Shown: positions 28,970 through 38,948, counted from the stretch's first letter. The stretch: 64,000 nt of DNA from an uncultured Gemmatimonadales bacterium (GCA_963793305.1 CAWBZV010000003.1:1280001-1344000); one strand, 5' to 3'. Notes: generated from the sequence alone by a model not told the origin. Translations and numbers: made by a program.

Positions 28970-29958
28970 AGCGCCGCGGCGCGCCGTTGCTGCTGCTCCT
29001 CACGCTGGTGATGCTCGCCGCGTTCGCGTTGAGCATTCGCGTGGGCTCGGTCACGCTCGACCTGCGCGCCGTGCTCACCGCGCTGACCGGCCATGGCGAC
29101 GCGGCCACCGCCGCGATCGTGCGCGACCTCCGGTTGCCGCGCGCCACGGCCGCCGCTCTTGTCGGGGCGGCGCTGGCGGTGAGTGGGGTCACGTTCCAAG
29201 CGCTGCTCCGGAATGCATTGGCCGAGCCGTACGTCCTCGGCGTATCCGGCGGCGCCGCGCTCGGCGCCGTCGCGGCGATCGTCCTCGGTGGACTCACCGC
29301 CAGCCCCATCTCGATCTCGGCTGCCGCCTTCGCCGGGGCAGCCGCCAGCATTGCGCTCGTGCTCCGCGTCGCAGCTGGGGTCGGCCCGACGCTGGATACG
29401 CGAGTGCTGCTCCTGGCCGGCGTGGTCGTCGGCGCGTTCGCCAACGCGGGCATCTTTCTCATTCTGTCAATCGCCAACGTCGCCGCGTTTCGGTCGGCGA
29501 CCGGCTGGATGATGGGCAGTCTCTCCGGTTCCACATGGGCTGGCGCCGGAACGCTCGCGGCATATCTGGTGCCGACGCTCGTGGTGTTGCTCGCGCTCGC
29601 GCGCCCACTCAACGCGCTCGCGATCGGCGAGGACACCGCCGCGTATCTCGGCGTATCCGTCGAGCGCACGAAGTGGCTCGCGTTCGGCGCCGCGTCACTC
29701 CTCGCGGCCGCGGCCGTCGCCGCCGCCGGCATCATCGGGTTCGTCGGACTCATCGTCCCTCACGCCGCGCGCCTCGCATGGGGCAGCGACCATCGCTTTC
29801 TGTTGCCGGCCTCCGCGCTCCTCGGCGCGACGTTCGTGCTCGTCACCGATACCGCGGCCCGCACCGTCGTCGCGCCGACCGAGCTCCCACTCGGCGCCGT
29901 GACCGCCATCGTCGGCGTGCCACTCTTCGTCGCGCTCCTTCGGCGCCGCCGGTCATGA
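28966..29958 (+). CDS. btuC: Cobalamin ABC transporter permease (FecCD family)
   Basis: LRLPRA, FQALLRNALAEPYVLGVSGGA, AIGEDTAAYLG, GIIGFVGLIVPH, ELPLGAVTA. Confidence 0.9.
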   Translation: MKRRGAPLLLLLTLVMLAAFALSIRVGSVTLDLRAVLTALTGHGDAATAAIVRDLRLPRATAAALVGAALAVSGVTFQALLRNALAEPYVLGVSGGAALGAVAAIVLGGLTASPISISAAAFAGAAASIALVLRVAAGVGPTLDTRVLLLAGVVVGAFANAGIFLILSIANVAAFRSATGWMMGSLSGSTWAGAGTLAAYLVPTLVVLLALARPLNALAIGEDTAAYLGVSVERTKWLAFGAASLLAAAAVAAAGIIGFVGLIVPHAARLAWGSDHRFLLPASALLGATFVLVTDTAARTVVAPTELPLGAVTAIVGVPLFVALLRRRRS

Positions 29959-30734
29959 CCGCCGCTTGGACCTGCGATCGCGTGACGGTGCGATATCCCG
30001 GAGGCCGTGCGCCGGCGGTCGATGAGGTGTCGCTGGCTATTGCCGAGGGCGCATGCACGATCATCCTCGGCCCGAACGGCTCGGGAAAGTCCACGCTCCT
30101 TCGGGCACTCCTCGGCCGTGTTCCGCTTGCCAGCGGGACGATCACGTGCCTCGGCGCGCCGCTCGTCACGTGGCAGCGCCCCGCGCTTGCTCGCGCGGTG
30201 GGCGTCGTGCCGCAGGGCGAGCACGAGACGTTTCCGATAACGACCCGCGCCTTGGTGGCGATGGGGCGATATCCGCATTTGGGCCCCTGGCGTCGAGAGG
30301 GCGCCGAGGATCTGGCGGCGATCGACACAGCGATGGCGCGATGCGACGTCACCCAGTTCGCCGAGCGAATGGTCGACACGCTCTCGGGTGGCGAGGGCCA
30401 ACGCGCCCGGATCGCGCGCGCTCTCGCTCAACAGCCCCGCGCGCTCGTGCTCGACGAGCCGACCGCGTCGCTCGATCTCAAGCACGAGATGGAAGTACTG
30501 GCTTTGCTCCGGTCGCTCGCCGCGAGCGGCACGACGATCGTGCTCGTCACGCACAATCTGAGCGTCGCGGCGCAATACGCGGATCGAGTGGTTCTGCTCG
30601 ATCACGGATCTCTCGTCGCCGAAGGTCCGCCAGCCGTGGTGCTGTCGCCTTCGCGGGTGCGCGAGGTGTTCGGCTGGCCCGTCGAGCTGATCCACGGTGA
30701 GACCGGCGCGCCGTATATCGTCCCGCTTCGCTGA
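29955..30734 (+). CDS. btuD: Cobalamin ABC transporter ATPase
   Basis: GPNGSGKST, LSGGEGQR, VLDEPT, VTHNL. Confidence 0.9.
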   Translation: MTAAWTCDRVTVRYPGGRAPAVDEVSLAIAEGACTIILGPNGSGKSTLLRALLGRVPLASGTITCLGAPLVTWQRPALARAVGVVPQGEHETFPITTRALVAMGRYPHLGPWRREGAEDLAAIDTAMARCDVTQFAERMVDTLSGGEGQRARIARALAQQPRALVLDEPTASLDLKHEMEVLALLRSLAASGTTIVLVTHNLSVAAQYADRVVLLDHGSLVAEGPPAVVLSPSRVREVFGWPVELIHGETGAPYIVPLR

Positions 30735-32791
30735 TGCGATACCTGGCCCTCCTCCTGGCCGCACGTCTGGCCGCCCAAGTCCCGGCCGAAGTGACGGGCC
30801 ACGTCACGGCGCGAGCCGATGGCCACCCCATCGCGAATGCATTCGTGGAAGGTGCTCAGACGAATGAACTGGGCGTGTTTGTCCTGCACGGACTGATGCC
30901 CGGCCGCCGGGCGCTTCGCGTGCGGGCGCTCGGCTTTCGTGCGACCACGGTGGCCGTCAACGTCGCCAATGGGCAAACCACGACACTCGAGGTCGCTCTC
31001 GATGCGATCACGCTGCCCGGCGTCGCGGTGGTGGCTCAGGGAGATACGGCGGGCGCCACCACCCTCACGCACGAGGATATAGAGCGGTCGGGCCGCCAGG
31101 ACCTGGGAGCTGTACTCCAGGACCAAGCGGGCGTGCTCGTCGTATCGACGGGCGGCCCGGGCGCGCCGAGCCACCTGTCGATCCGCGGATCGTCCGCGAA
31201 CGAAATCCTGGTCCTCGTCGACGGCGTGCCGATCAACTCGCCGATCACAGGCGAAGCCGACCTGTCGGTGATCCCACTCTCGGAGATCGAGCGCGTCACC
31301 GTCCTGCGCGGCTCGCAATCGGCGCAATGGGGCGGCCGCGCGATGGCGGGCGTCCTACTGATCGAGACACGCCGCCCAACGATCCCGGATGCGGAGCTCG
31401 ACGCGAGCGCCGCATCGTACGGCGAGCGCGACGCCGCGCTCTCGATCGGCGGCGCGTTTGGCCTTCTGTCAGCGTCACGCCGGTTGAGCCGAGGCGACTT
31501 CCCATACGACGTGCCCGTCGTGCGTGGCGGTGGCAGCGCGATCCGTGGCGACGACGGCTTCTCGGCCAGCGCCGTGGACGGCGCGCTGACGCACGACCTC
31601 GGTCCGGTCGCCCTGCGCCTCCATGGCACCTACGACGCGAACGCGCGCGGCCTTCCAGGCTCGATCACGGCACCGTCGTTCACCGCACACGGCGCCGACG
31701 ATCGCCTCGCCGGCGGTCTCAATGCCTCGTCGTCGGGCGGCCCGATCCAGTGGAGCGCCGACGTGGAAGCCGATCGCGAGCACACCCGGTTCAATGACTC
31801 CACGCCGCCGATCGGCGCGCCATACAATGACCACACGACGGCCTCGAGTCTCACCGAGCTCGCCTCCGCCTCATTTCATGGTCTGTCGATCGGCGCCGAG
31901 TCGCGTCTGATCGACGTGACGGCGACGGACCTCGCGCCTGCCACGCCGACATTGGAGCACGAGAACGGCATCTGGGCGCGCGCGGTCGCGCATGTCGCCA
32001 TGTTCAACTTCGACGCTGGCGCGCGGGCGGACTGGAGCTCGCTCCTCTCCGGCGTGTTCATCTCGCCGAAACTCGCCGCCTCGGTTACTCGCGGCGCTGT
32101 CACGGCCGCCCTCAGCTGGGGCGATGGCTATACGCCGCCGTCGCTCGCCGATCAGTTCTTTCACGAGGGCGTGCTGGTCCAGGCGAACCCCTCGCTTCAG
32201 CCCGAGCGCGTGCACGACGATATCGAAGCGCGCCTCACGGTCCGCAACGTCACCCTCGGTCCGCTGCATCTCGGGAGCGAAGTCGCCGCGTACCGCTCAA
32301 ACGTGGACGGCATGATTCTGTGGTTCCCGGACTTCCGGTTTGTCTGGAGCCCGGAGAATACGAACGTTCATCGCTACGGCTGGGATGCAACGGGTACGCT
32401 GTCGGCGTTTGGCGCCTCGCTCCGCGGAACAATCACCAACGTCGCGGTCGACTACGCCACCCGCGCGCTCGGCGGACAGATCGCATACCGTCCACGCGTC
32501 AGCGCGGCGGTGACAACCTCGCTCACGCGATGGCGCTTGGGCCTCAATGTGACGACCCGATACATCGGGGATCGCCGTACCGTGCAGGGCTCCGGACTCA
32601 ACACCATCGGCGCGTATTGGCTGACCGACGCCCAGCTCACCATGCGTGTGCTCAGCCAGTTCGACCTGCTTGCCGGCGTCGACAACGCCTTCGACCGCCG
32701 CGTCGCGCTGCTGTTCGACTATCCACTGCCGGCCCGCACCTGGCGCGTCGGCTTCCGTCTCCACACCCTCTCGACTTCGTCACTCAGATGA
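30734..32791 (+). CDS. btuB: TonB-dependent cobalamin receptor (BtuB-like)
   Basis: SIRGSSANEILVLVDGVPIN, IERVTVLRGSQSAQWG, NPSLQPE, DNAFD; in a B12-riboswitch operon. Confidence 0.82.
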   Translation: MRYLALLLAARLAAQVPAEVTGHVTARADGHPIANAFVEGAQTNELGVFVLHGLMPGRRALRVRALGFRATTVAVNVANGQTTTLEVALDAITLPGVAVVAQGDTAGATTLTHEDIERSGRQDLGAVLQDQAGVLVVSTGGPGAPSHLSIRGSSANEILVLVDGVPINSPITGEADLSVIPLSEIERVTVLRGSQSAQWGGRAMAGVLLIETRRPTIPDAELDASAASYGERDAALSIGGAFGLLSASRRLSRGDFPYDVPVVRGGGSAIRGDDGFSASAVDGALTHDLGPVALRLHGTYDANARGLPGSITAPSFTAHGADDRLAGGLNASSSGGPIQWSADVEADREHTRFNDSTPPIGAPYNDHTTASSLTELASASFHGLSIGAESRLIDVTATDLAPATPTLEHENGIWARAVAHVAMFNFDAGARADWSSLLSGVFISPKLAASVTRGAVTAALSWGDGYTPPSLADQFFHEGVLVQANPSLQPERVHDDIEARLTVRNVTLGPLHLGSEVAAYRSNVDGMILWFPDFRFVWSPENTNVHRYGWDATGTLSAFGASLRGTITNVAVDYATRALGGQIAYRPRVSAAVTTSLTRWRLGLNVTTRYIGDRRTVQGSGLNTIGAYWLTDAQLTMRVLSQFDLLAGVDNAFDRRVALLFDYPLPARTWRVGFRLHTLSTSSLR

Positions 32792-33837
32792 TTCGTTCGT
32801 TGACCGTGTGCGGCATCGCGATCGCCGCCACCGCCTGTGGCTCGGATACGGCCACCGCCCCGAAAGGATTCCTCAACGGGCAGGTGGGCATCATCGTGAA
32901 CTCGACCGGCCGCGCCCTGACCATGTTCCAGCTCGCGTCGCCGTCGACGCAGCAAACGCTGTCGCTCGGGAGTTCGAACGCGATCACACCCGTCGACGCC
33001 AGCGTGCGCGGCAGCCTCGCGGTGGTCCCCCTCGGCGACGCGGCGAGCGCGGCCCTCGTCGATCTCACGAAGCCGACGATCACGCGATTCTTCCTCTACC
33101 CGGCCGGATTCGCCACTGGCTCGGCGTTCGTCGACGACACCACGATCCTCATCGACAATACGGGTGACGGCACGATCGGGCGCGTCACGGTGCACCAAGC
33201 CTCCGATACGATCTCCGACACCGTCACGGTCGCACCGATGCCGAGCGCGATCGTCGTCAGCGGGTCGCATGCATTTGTCGTCTCGGCCAACGAGGACGCG
33301 AACTTCAACTCCCTCGGCAATGGCATCCTGACCGAGGTCGATCTCGGCTCGATGCACGTCACGGGCACCGTGTCGCTCAGCGGGATGAACAGCACGGCCG
33401 GGGCGCTCGGAGCGGACGGCAAGGTCTACGTGCTGAACACCGGAGACTTCGTCAACCCTGGCAGCATGGACATCGTCGACCCTACGTCGCTGACCGTCGT
33501 GCAGACCGTTCCACTCTTCGTCGGCCCGGGCGCGATCCAGGTCAACGCAGCCGGGCTCGCATTTATCTCAAGCTTCAGCGCCGGGACCATCATCTACAAT
33601 ACGGCGACGAAGGCGTTCGTCCGCGGGCCGAATAATCCGCTGTGCGCGCCGTCGCCGAGCGGGTGCCGGGGGGCGTTCGATGCCCAGTCCGACGCGCATG
33701 GCAATGTCTATCAGACGTTCTTCGGAAGCGCGAACGTCCCGGGCCAGGTCTTTGTCTACGCTGCGTCCACGTACGCACTGGCCGACAGTGTGGCCGCCGG
33801 CGTCGGGCCGACCGCCTTGCGTATCGCGTCATTTTGA
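32788..33837 (+). CDS. Beta-propeller surface lipoprotein (BtuG/YncE-like)
   Basis: Lipobox ATAC; beta-rich repeats; coupled to the btuB-like gene as btuG is in Bacteroides. Confidence 0.7.
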   Translation: MIRSLTVCGIAIAATACGSDTATAPKGFLNGQVGIIVNSTGRALTMFQLASPSTQQTLSLGSSNAITPVDASVRGSLAVVPLGDAASAALVDLTKPTITRFFLYPAGFATGSAFVDDTTILIDNTGDGTIGRVTVHQASDTISDTVTVAPMPSAIVVSGSHAFVVSANEDANFNSLGNGILTEVDLGSMHVTGTVSLSGMNSTAGALGADGKVYVLNTGDFVNPGSMDIVDPTSLTVVQTVPLFVGPGAIQVNAAGLAFISSFSAGTIIYNTATKAFVRGPNNPLCAPSPSGCRGAFDAQSDAHGNVYQTFFGSANVPGQVFVYAASTYALADSVAAGVGPTALRIASF

Positions 33838-34670
33838 AAAGCGCGCCAACGCTCGCGATGTTACTCGACTGGGCCCTCGGCGAGCCGCCGTCGGCCCTGC
33901 ACCCCGTCGTCTGGATGGGCCGCGCCATCTCGGCCGTTCCGGTGGGATCGTTTCTGGATGGCGCGGCCACTCTCCTCGGCGTCACCCTCGCCTCCGCGGC
34001 GGTCGCGAGCCTCGTGCCTCGCATGCTGGAACCGATCGCTCTCAAGCCGGCGCTCTCCCTACGCGCATTACTCGAAGCCGGAGCAGCGGTCGAGCACGCG
34101 CTGGAGGCCGGTCGACTCGACGAGGCGCAACGTCTCCTCTCGTATCACCTCGTGTCGCGCGACGTGACGAACCTCGACGCGAGCCAGGTCGCGGGCGCCG
34201 CGATTTCATCATTGGCCGAGAACGTGAGTGACAGCGTCGTAGCACCGCTCATGGCGTATCGACTCGGCGGCCTTCCCGCCGCATACGCCTACCGCGCGAT
34301 CAACACGGCCGACGCCATGCTCGGGTATCACACGCCGGAGCTCGAGTGGTTCGGCAAGCCCGCCGCACGCATTGACGACGTCGTGAACTGGCTCCCCGCA
34401 CGTCTCAGCGCCTTGCTGATCGCGATCGCCTCGGGCGCGCCCCGCTCGGCCCTCACGGTCGCGCGGGCCGACGCACGGCGGTGTCCGAGCCCGAACGGCG
34501 GCTGGCCCATGGCCGCAATGGCCGGCGCCCTCGGGGTCGTGCTCGTCAAGCGGGGCGTCTACACATTGCACGCCGGCGGCCGTGCGCCCACGGCCGCCGA
34601 CGTCGCGCGCGCTCGCCACGTCACCGCTGTGACCGCCACCTTGGCCACAGCCCTGGTCGAACTCGCATGA
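33834..34670 (+). CDS. cbiB: Adenosylcobinamide-phosphate synthase
   Basis: LGEPP..HPVVWMG, LVSRD, AENVSD, YRAINTADAMLGY, FGKPAARIDD, SPNGGWPMAA. Confidence 0.93.
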   Translation: MKSAPTLAMLLDWALGEPPSALHPVVWMGRAISAVPVGSFLDGAATLLGVTLASAAVASLVPRMLEPIALKPALSLRALLEAGAAVEHALEAGRLDEAQRLLSYHLVSRDVTNLDASQVAGAAISSLAENVSDSVVAPLMAYRLGGLPAAYAYRAINTADAMLGYHTPELEWFGKPAARIDDVVNWLPARLSALLIAIASGAPRSALTVARADARRCPSPNGGWPMAAMAGALGVVLVKRGVYTLHAGGRAPTAADVARARHVTAVTATLATALVELA

Positions 34671-35620
34671 TACGGGAGGCGACACACGGTCGCGGCGGTT
34701 TCGCCGTTTGCGTCAACGCCTACGGTCCGGCGCCCAGCGTCCGCGAGGCGATCCTCTCGGCGCCGATCGACGCGTATCCCGACGCTCAATGTATCGCGGC
34801 GTGCGAGGCCGCCGCGGCCCGATGGAGACGGCCACTGGACGAGGTCGCGTGCGGCGCGGGGACTGCCGAGTTGATTCACGCGCTGGCGGTGGCCCTGCTT
34901 CGTCCAGGCGATCGCGTCGTCATCCCGCGTCCTGCATTCGCCGAGTATGGCCGCGCCGCGTTGCTCGCGGCCGCGCGAGTGCATCGCCCGTTCCAGGGGG
35001 ATATCCTGGCGGCCATTCGCTCGCACCGCCCGCGACTCGCGTTCATTGCCGCTCCGACGAGTCCCGCCGGCACGCCGATCGCGCGTGAGACGCTCCGTAC
35101 GATTGCCGATGCGTGCGCCGAGAACAACGCGCTCTTGGTGCTGGACCAGGCGTACGACGCATTCACATCCGAGCCACTCGGTACGCCTGCGCTACCGGGC
35201 CATCCAGCGGTCCTGCATTTGCGATCACTCACGAAGGACCACGCGCTCGCCGGCGTGCGCGTAGGCTTCGCGATTGGGCCGACGTCGACCATCGCCGCGC
35301 TCAATCGCGTGCGCGTGCCATGGATGGTCTCGGCCCCCGCCCAAGCCGCCGCAATCGCGGCACTGACGGACGAGGCCGAAGCGCACGTCTGCCGCACGAT
35401 CGCACTACTCCGCCAGAGCGCCTCTGATCTCTGGTCGTGGTGCGACGACGTTGGAATCGAGCGCGTCCCGAGCGACACGCACTATGGTCTGCTGCGCGCT
35501 CGCGCGACCGGAATCCAGGTGCGCGACTGCACGTCATTCGGCCTCCCAGATTGGATCCGCGTGGCCGTCAGAACTGAACCAGAGAACGCCGTCCTGCGGC
35601 GAGGACTCAGACATGGCTGA
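34667..35620 (+). CDS. cobD: L-threonine-O-3-phosphate decarboxylase (class I/II PLP)
   Basis: YPD, PAFAEY, LDQAY, LRSLTKDHALAGVRVG, VRDCTSFGL..IRVAV; next to cbiB. Confidence 0.8.
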   Translation: MIREATHGRGGFAVCVNAYGPAPSVREAILSAPIDAYPDAQCIAACEAAAARWRRPLDEVACGAGTAELIHALAVALLRPGDRVVIPRPAFAEYGRAALLAAARVHRPFQGDILAAIRSHRPRLAFIAAPTSPAGTPIARETLRTIADACAENNALLVLDQAYDAFTSEPLGTPALPGHPAVLHLRSLTKDHALAGVRVGFAIGPTSTIAALNRVRVPWMVSAPAQAAAIAALTDEAEAHVCRTIALLRQSASDLWSWCDDVGIERVPSDTHYGLLRARATGIQVRDCTSFGLPDWIRVAVRTEPENAVLRRGLRHG

Positions 35621-36239
35621 CCGCACCGACCCTCTCGCGCCGCCCGATGACGAGGGCCGCAAGGTCCCGCGTCCAAAGCAAAAGCGCCCATCCTCGCGCC
35701 GCGTCCCTCCGCGCGAGCAGCGCCATGGCCTACTGATCGTCCACACCGGCGATGGCAAGGGCAAAACCACGGCCGCCCTCGGCCTACTGTTGCGCGCGGC
35801 CGGCCGCGGCATGACCGTCGGAATGTTTCAGTTCATCAAGAACGCGAACGCCGACTACGGCGAGCACCGCGCCGCACGGCAACTCGGCGTCGAGATCACC
35901 CCACTCGGCGACGGCTTTACGTGGCTCACCGAAAACATCGCCGCCGACCGCACGCTCGCCGAACGCGGCTGGACGCTGTGCCGCGAGGCATTAGCCAAGG
36001 GCACGTTCGACGTACTGATCCTCGACGAGCTCACGTATGCCCTGACATTCGGCTGGCTCGACACGTCGTCGGTCGTATCAGCGATCGCCGAGCGCCCCAA
36101 GGGCACCCACGTCGTCGTCACCGGTCGCGACGCCCCAGCCGCGCTGATCGAAGCGGCGGACCTCGTGACGGAGATGCGGCTCATCAAGCACCCGTACCGC
36201 GACCGCGGCCTCGGCGCGCAGGCCGGTATCGAGCTCTAG
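35613..36239 (+). CDS. cobO: Cob(I)yrinic acid a,c-diamide adenosyltransferase (CobO/BtuR)
   Basis: GLLIVHTGDGKGKTTAALG, QFIK, LILDE, VVTGR, ADLVTEM...KHPY...AQAGIE. Confidence 0.95.
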   Translation: MADRTDPLAPPDDEGRKVPRPKQKRPSSRRVPPREQRHGLLIVHTGDGKGKTTAALGLLLRAAGRGMTVGMFQFIKNANADYGEHRAARQLGVEITPLGDGFTWLTENIAADRTLAERGWTLCREALAKGTFDVLILDELTYALTFGWLDTSSVVSAIAERPKGTHVVVTGRDAPAALIEAADLVTEMRLIKHPYRDRGLGAQAGIEL

Positions 36240-36922
36240 CTACCGTTGTCGAACGCCTTACTTAAAACCATCGCGAGCCCCACAAGGCCGGTTACGGCGG
36301 CGACGCCCGTCGCGGTCGAAAGCTTCGCCTGAAGGTCGGTCGCGATCGCGTAGTTCCGATTCGCGATTTCGGTAGCGTTCGCGTGGGAAGCCCACGCGAT
36401 ATTCAGCTGTTGGCGGACGCCGTCAAGATCGGCCATCAGCACCGCTCGCTCACGACGGAGAGTCCGATTCTGGTTTTCCAACTCGTTCTGCTGGTGCCTC
36501 GCAGCTCGTAGCTCCGACTCTGCCGTGGTTCGCAAGCGTTGCTCTCGCTCGTCGGATGACCGTAGTTCTTCGCGCTCTTCTACGAGCTTTCGGAGTTGCT
36601 GCTTTGTGGCCGCCAACTCCTCGGTGAGCCGCTCATTCTCCCCAACGAGTGTCCCATGATCTTTCGTCAGTGTGGCGACGAAGTGCTCAGCGAGCGGACC
36701 AGTGAGTTCGAGGGAGGCGTCAATTCCTTTGGTGAGCTCCTCTGGACTTGTCGAAAGGGCAGCGGCGATTCGAGCGATGTGTTCCTGCTTCCACGGACGG
36801 CTGCCGGCTAACAACCGACTCACCACCGAAGGTTGGAGTCCGCTCGCTTCGGCCAATTGAGCTTGAGACCAACGCCGAGCGGTCAGCAGATCGCGGATTC
36901 GGATACGGAGGGTCGTGGCCAT
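36236..36922 (-). CDS. XRE-family HTH protein with coiled coil and C-terminal hydrophobic segment
   Basis: WSQAQLAEASGLQPSVVSRLLAG HTH; long heptad E/L/Q/R region; GVAAVTGLVGLAMVL tail. Alternative start 36937. Confidence 0.8.
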   Translation of the reverse strand: MATTLRIRIRDLLTARRWSQAQLAEASGLQPSVVSRLLAGSRPWKQEHIARIAAALSTSPEELTKGIDASLELTGPLAEHFVATLTKDHGTLVGENERLTEELAATKQQLRKLVEEREELRSSDEREQRLRTTAESELRAARHQQNELENQNRTLRRERAVLMADLDGVRQQLNIAWASHANATEIANRNYAIATDLQAKLSTATGVAAVTGLVGLAMVLSKAFDNGS

Positions 36923-37104
36923 CACGGCATTGTCCATCTGGCAATCTGTATTATACTTGGCACTGATAATTATAAGTAGCTCAAGATTGCCGATTGTCAA
37001 TATAAATGCCGATCTCACTTGCCGGTTCTCTGGCGAATGCTCAAAATATATGTGTATATTGCTCGAATACAGCAAGTAGTACCATACTGACTTGGCATTC
37101 TAGC

Positions 37105-37135
37105 TCACAATACACAATATTATTGTGTATTGTGA
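37105..37135. promoter_or_regulatory. Perfect 15-bp inverted repeat, probable AbiEi operator
   Basis: TCACAATACACAATA-T-TATTGTGTATTGTGA overlapping the abiEi start region. Confidence 0.75.
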
Positions 37136-37956
37136 ATGAATATAGACAGTCAGTTCGGTCAGCTGAATTCTTCGCCACGCATCCAGTTTTTACTCGCGGA
37201 GAGTATCTGGCCACACGCCCGTCGCGCGGCGATCATAGTCGACGCACCGGAGACAACCTGCTCGCCCACTATGCGGGCACCGGTAGAATTCTGCACGTCC
37301 GTCGGGGACTCTACGCCACGGTTCCGGCAGGAACAACAGCCGACGCGGCTGAGCCGGATCCATTTCTTCTTGCGGCCAAACTCGCGCCCGACGCCACGGT
37401 GGCCTATCATGCGGCGCTGCAATTCCGAGGCAAGGCGTACTCGGTATGGCACCGGTTTGCAGTACTCTCGAACACTGTCGTACGTCCTCTGGATTTTCGT
37501 GGGAGCGAGTTTTTTGCAGTGCGGCCGCCAATGGCGATGCGCGGCCTGGCGGATTGGGGCGGTGGCATCGTTGCGGAAAGCCATGCTGGCGGAACCGTCC
37601 GTGCCGCCACCCTCGAACGCACTCTCGTGGATGTGCTGCACGTTCCCAAGCTGGGAGGAGGGTGGGAGGAGATCTGGCGTTCGCTCGAGTTGATCGAGTT
37701 CTTCGATCTCGATGCCGTCATCGAGTACGCTCTCGCGCTGCGATCGGCGCTGACCACGGCGAGGGTCGGATTCTTCCTCGAACAACATCGCGCGCAACTT
37801 TTTGTCGAGGACCATCATCTCTCGCGACTCCGTGCCCAAGCGCCGCGACAACCGCGCTATCTCGACAGTGCGCGGGAACGTGGTGAGCTCGTGAAGGCGT
37901 GGAATCTGGTGATCCCGGAGCGTGTGATCCATCGTTCCTGGGCGGAGACGACGTAA
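37132..37956 (+). CDS. abiEi: Type IV TA antitoxin, AbiEi family
   Basis: HPVFT wHTH, HVRRGLY, VAYHAALQFRG, ATLERTLVD, ARVGFFLE, WNLVIP; coupled to abiEii. Confidence 0.85.
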   Translation: MNEYRQSVRSAEFFATHPVFTRGEYLATRPSRGDHSRRTGDNLLAHYAGTGRILHVRRGLYATVPAGTTADAAEPDPFLLAAKLAPDATVAYHAALQFRGKAYSVWHRFAVLSNTVVRPLDFRGSEFFAVRPPMAMRGLADWGGGIVAESHAGGTVRAATLERTLVDVLHVPKLGGGWEEIWRSLELIEFFDLDAVIEYALALRSALTTARVGFFLEQHRAQLFVEDHHLSRLRAQAPRQPRYLDSARERGELVKAWNLVIPERVIHRSWAETT

Positions 37957-38948
37957 TGCTGCCGGGCGCTCAGTTACAACGCGCGGCATCGGAGGGCGGC
38001 TTTCCGGTCGAGTCGTACGAGAAGGTGCAGATACTCCTTCAGTTGCTCGACACTATACGCATCCATCCATTTCTCGGCGACCGCGTTGCGCTGAAGGGAG
38101 GAACAGCCCTAAATCTCTTCGTCCTCGACCTACCGCGTCTTTCCGTTGATGTCGACTTGAACTATCTCGGACCATCAAGTCGCGAGGATGCGCTCTCGGA
38201 ACGACCACTGGTCGAAGAAGCGATCCGGCAGGTGTGTGGTCGAATTGGTATTGCGATCAAGAAAGCCCCATCGGAACACGCCGGTGGCAAGTGGCGTCTG
38301 TCATACCGGTCCGCCTTCGGCAGGCCTGGCACGTTGGAGCTCGACGTTACCTTCATGCTGCGAACGCCACTGTGGCCGGTACTTCGACGCGACTCTCATC
38401 GGATCGGCAATGTCATCGTGACGCGGTTTCCCATTCTCGACACGCACGAGCTTGCGGCGGGGAAGCTCGCCGCCCTCGTCGCTCGGGGAGCGAGTCGGGA
38501 TGTCTTCGATACCCATTCGCTGCTGAGCCAACGGGGCTGGCTCGATCCGATGAAATTGCGGCTCGGGTTCGTCGTGTACGGTGGGGCGAACCGCGTGGAT
38601 TGGCGATCGATCACGAGCGATAGTATTCGGGTATCAGCGAAGGACGCGGATGCGCAGTTACTCCCTATGCTTCGGAGCAGCGTCCGACCCGATAGACCTC
38701 AGGTTGCGGACTGGACCGAAACTCTCGTACGCGAGACACGGCAACTCATGTCCGTTGTGCTGCCACTCACTGACCGCGAGCGCGAGTTCATCGACCATTT
38801 GAATGACAATGGTGAGATCATCCCCGAATTGTTGACCGATGATCCCGGTATGCAATCGATCATCCACGAGCATCCGGGTCTCAAATGGAAAGCGCTCAAT
38901 GTGAAGGAGTATGTTGGGCGCCAGGATGACCCACGGCGATCCGCCTAG
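37956..38948 (+). CDS. abiEii: Type IV TA toxin, AbiEii nucleotidyltransferase
   Basis: EK..., ALKGGTALNLF...RLSVDVDL, ELAAGKLAAL...SRDVFD; TAATG coupling. Confidence 0.9.
   Translation: MLPGAQLQRAASEGGFPVESYEKVQILLQLLDTIRIHPFLGDRVALKGGTALNLFVLDLPRLSVDVDLNYLGPSSREDALSERPLVEEAIRQVCGRIGIAIKKAPSEHAGGKWRLSYRSAFGRPGTLELDVTFMLRTPLWPVLRRDSHRIGNVIVTRFPILDTHELAAGKLAALVARGASRDVFDTHSLLSQRGWLDPMKLRLGFVVYGGANRVDWRSITSDSIRVSAKDADAQLLPMLRSSVRPDRPQVADWTETLVRETRQLMSVVLPLTDREREFIDHLNDNGEIIPELLTDDPGMQSIIHEHPGLKWKALNVKEYVGRQDDPRRSA

Larger units (their letters stand above)
36236..38948. mobile_element. Putative inserted module (XRE protein plus AbiE TA) between cobO and cobS
   Basis: Unrelated genes split the cob cluster; visibly AT-richer; CTAG at both ends; no integrase or transposase. 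Confidence 0.55.

Noticed and set aside
36938..37131. ORF-track extensions of the XRE gene (to 37075) and abiEi (from 37006)
   Set aside because: AT-rich regulatory spacer; domain homology begins later.
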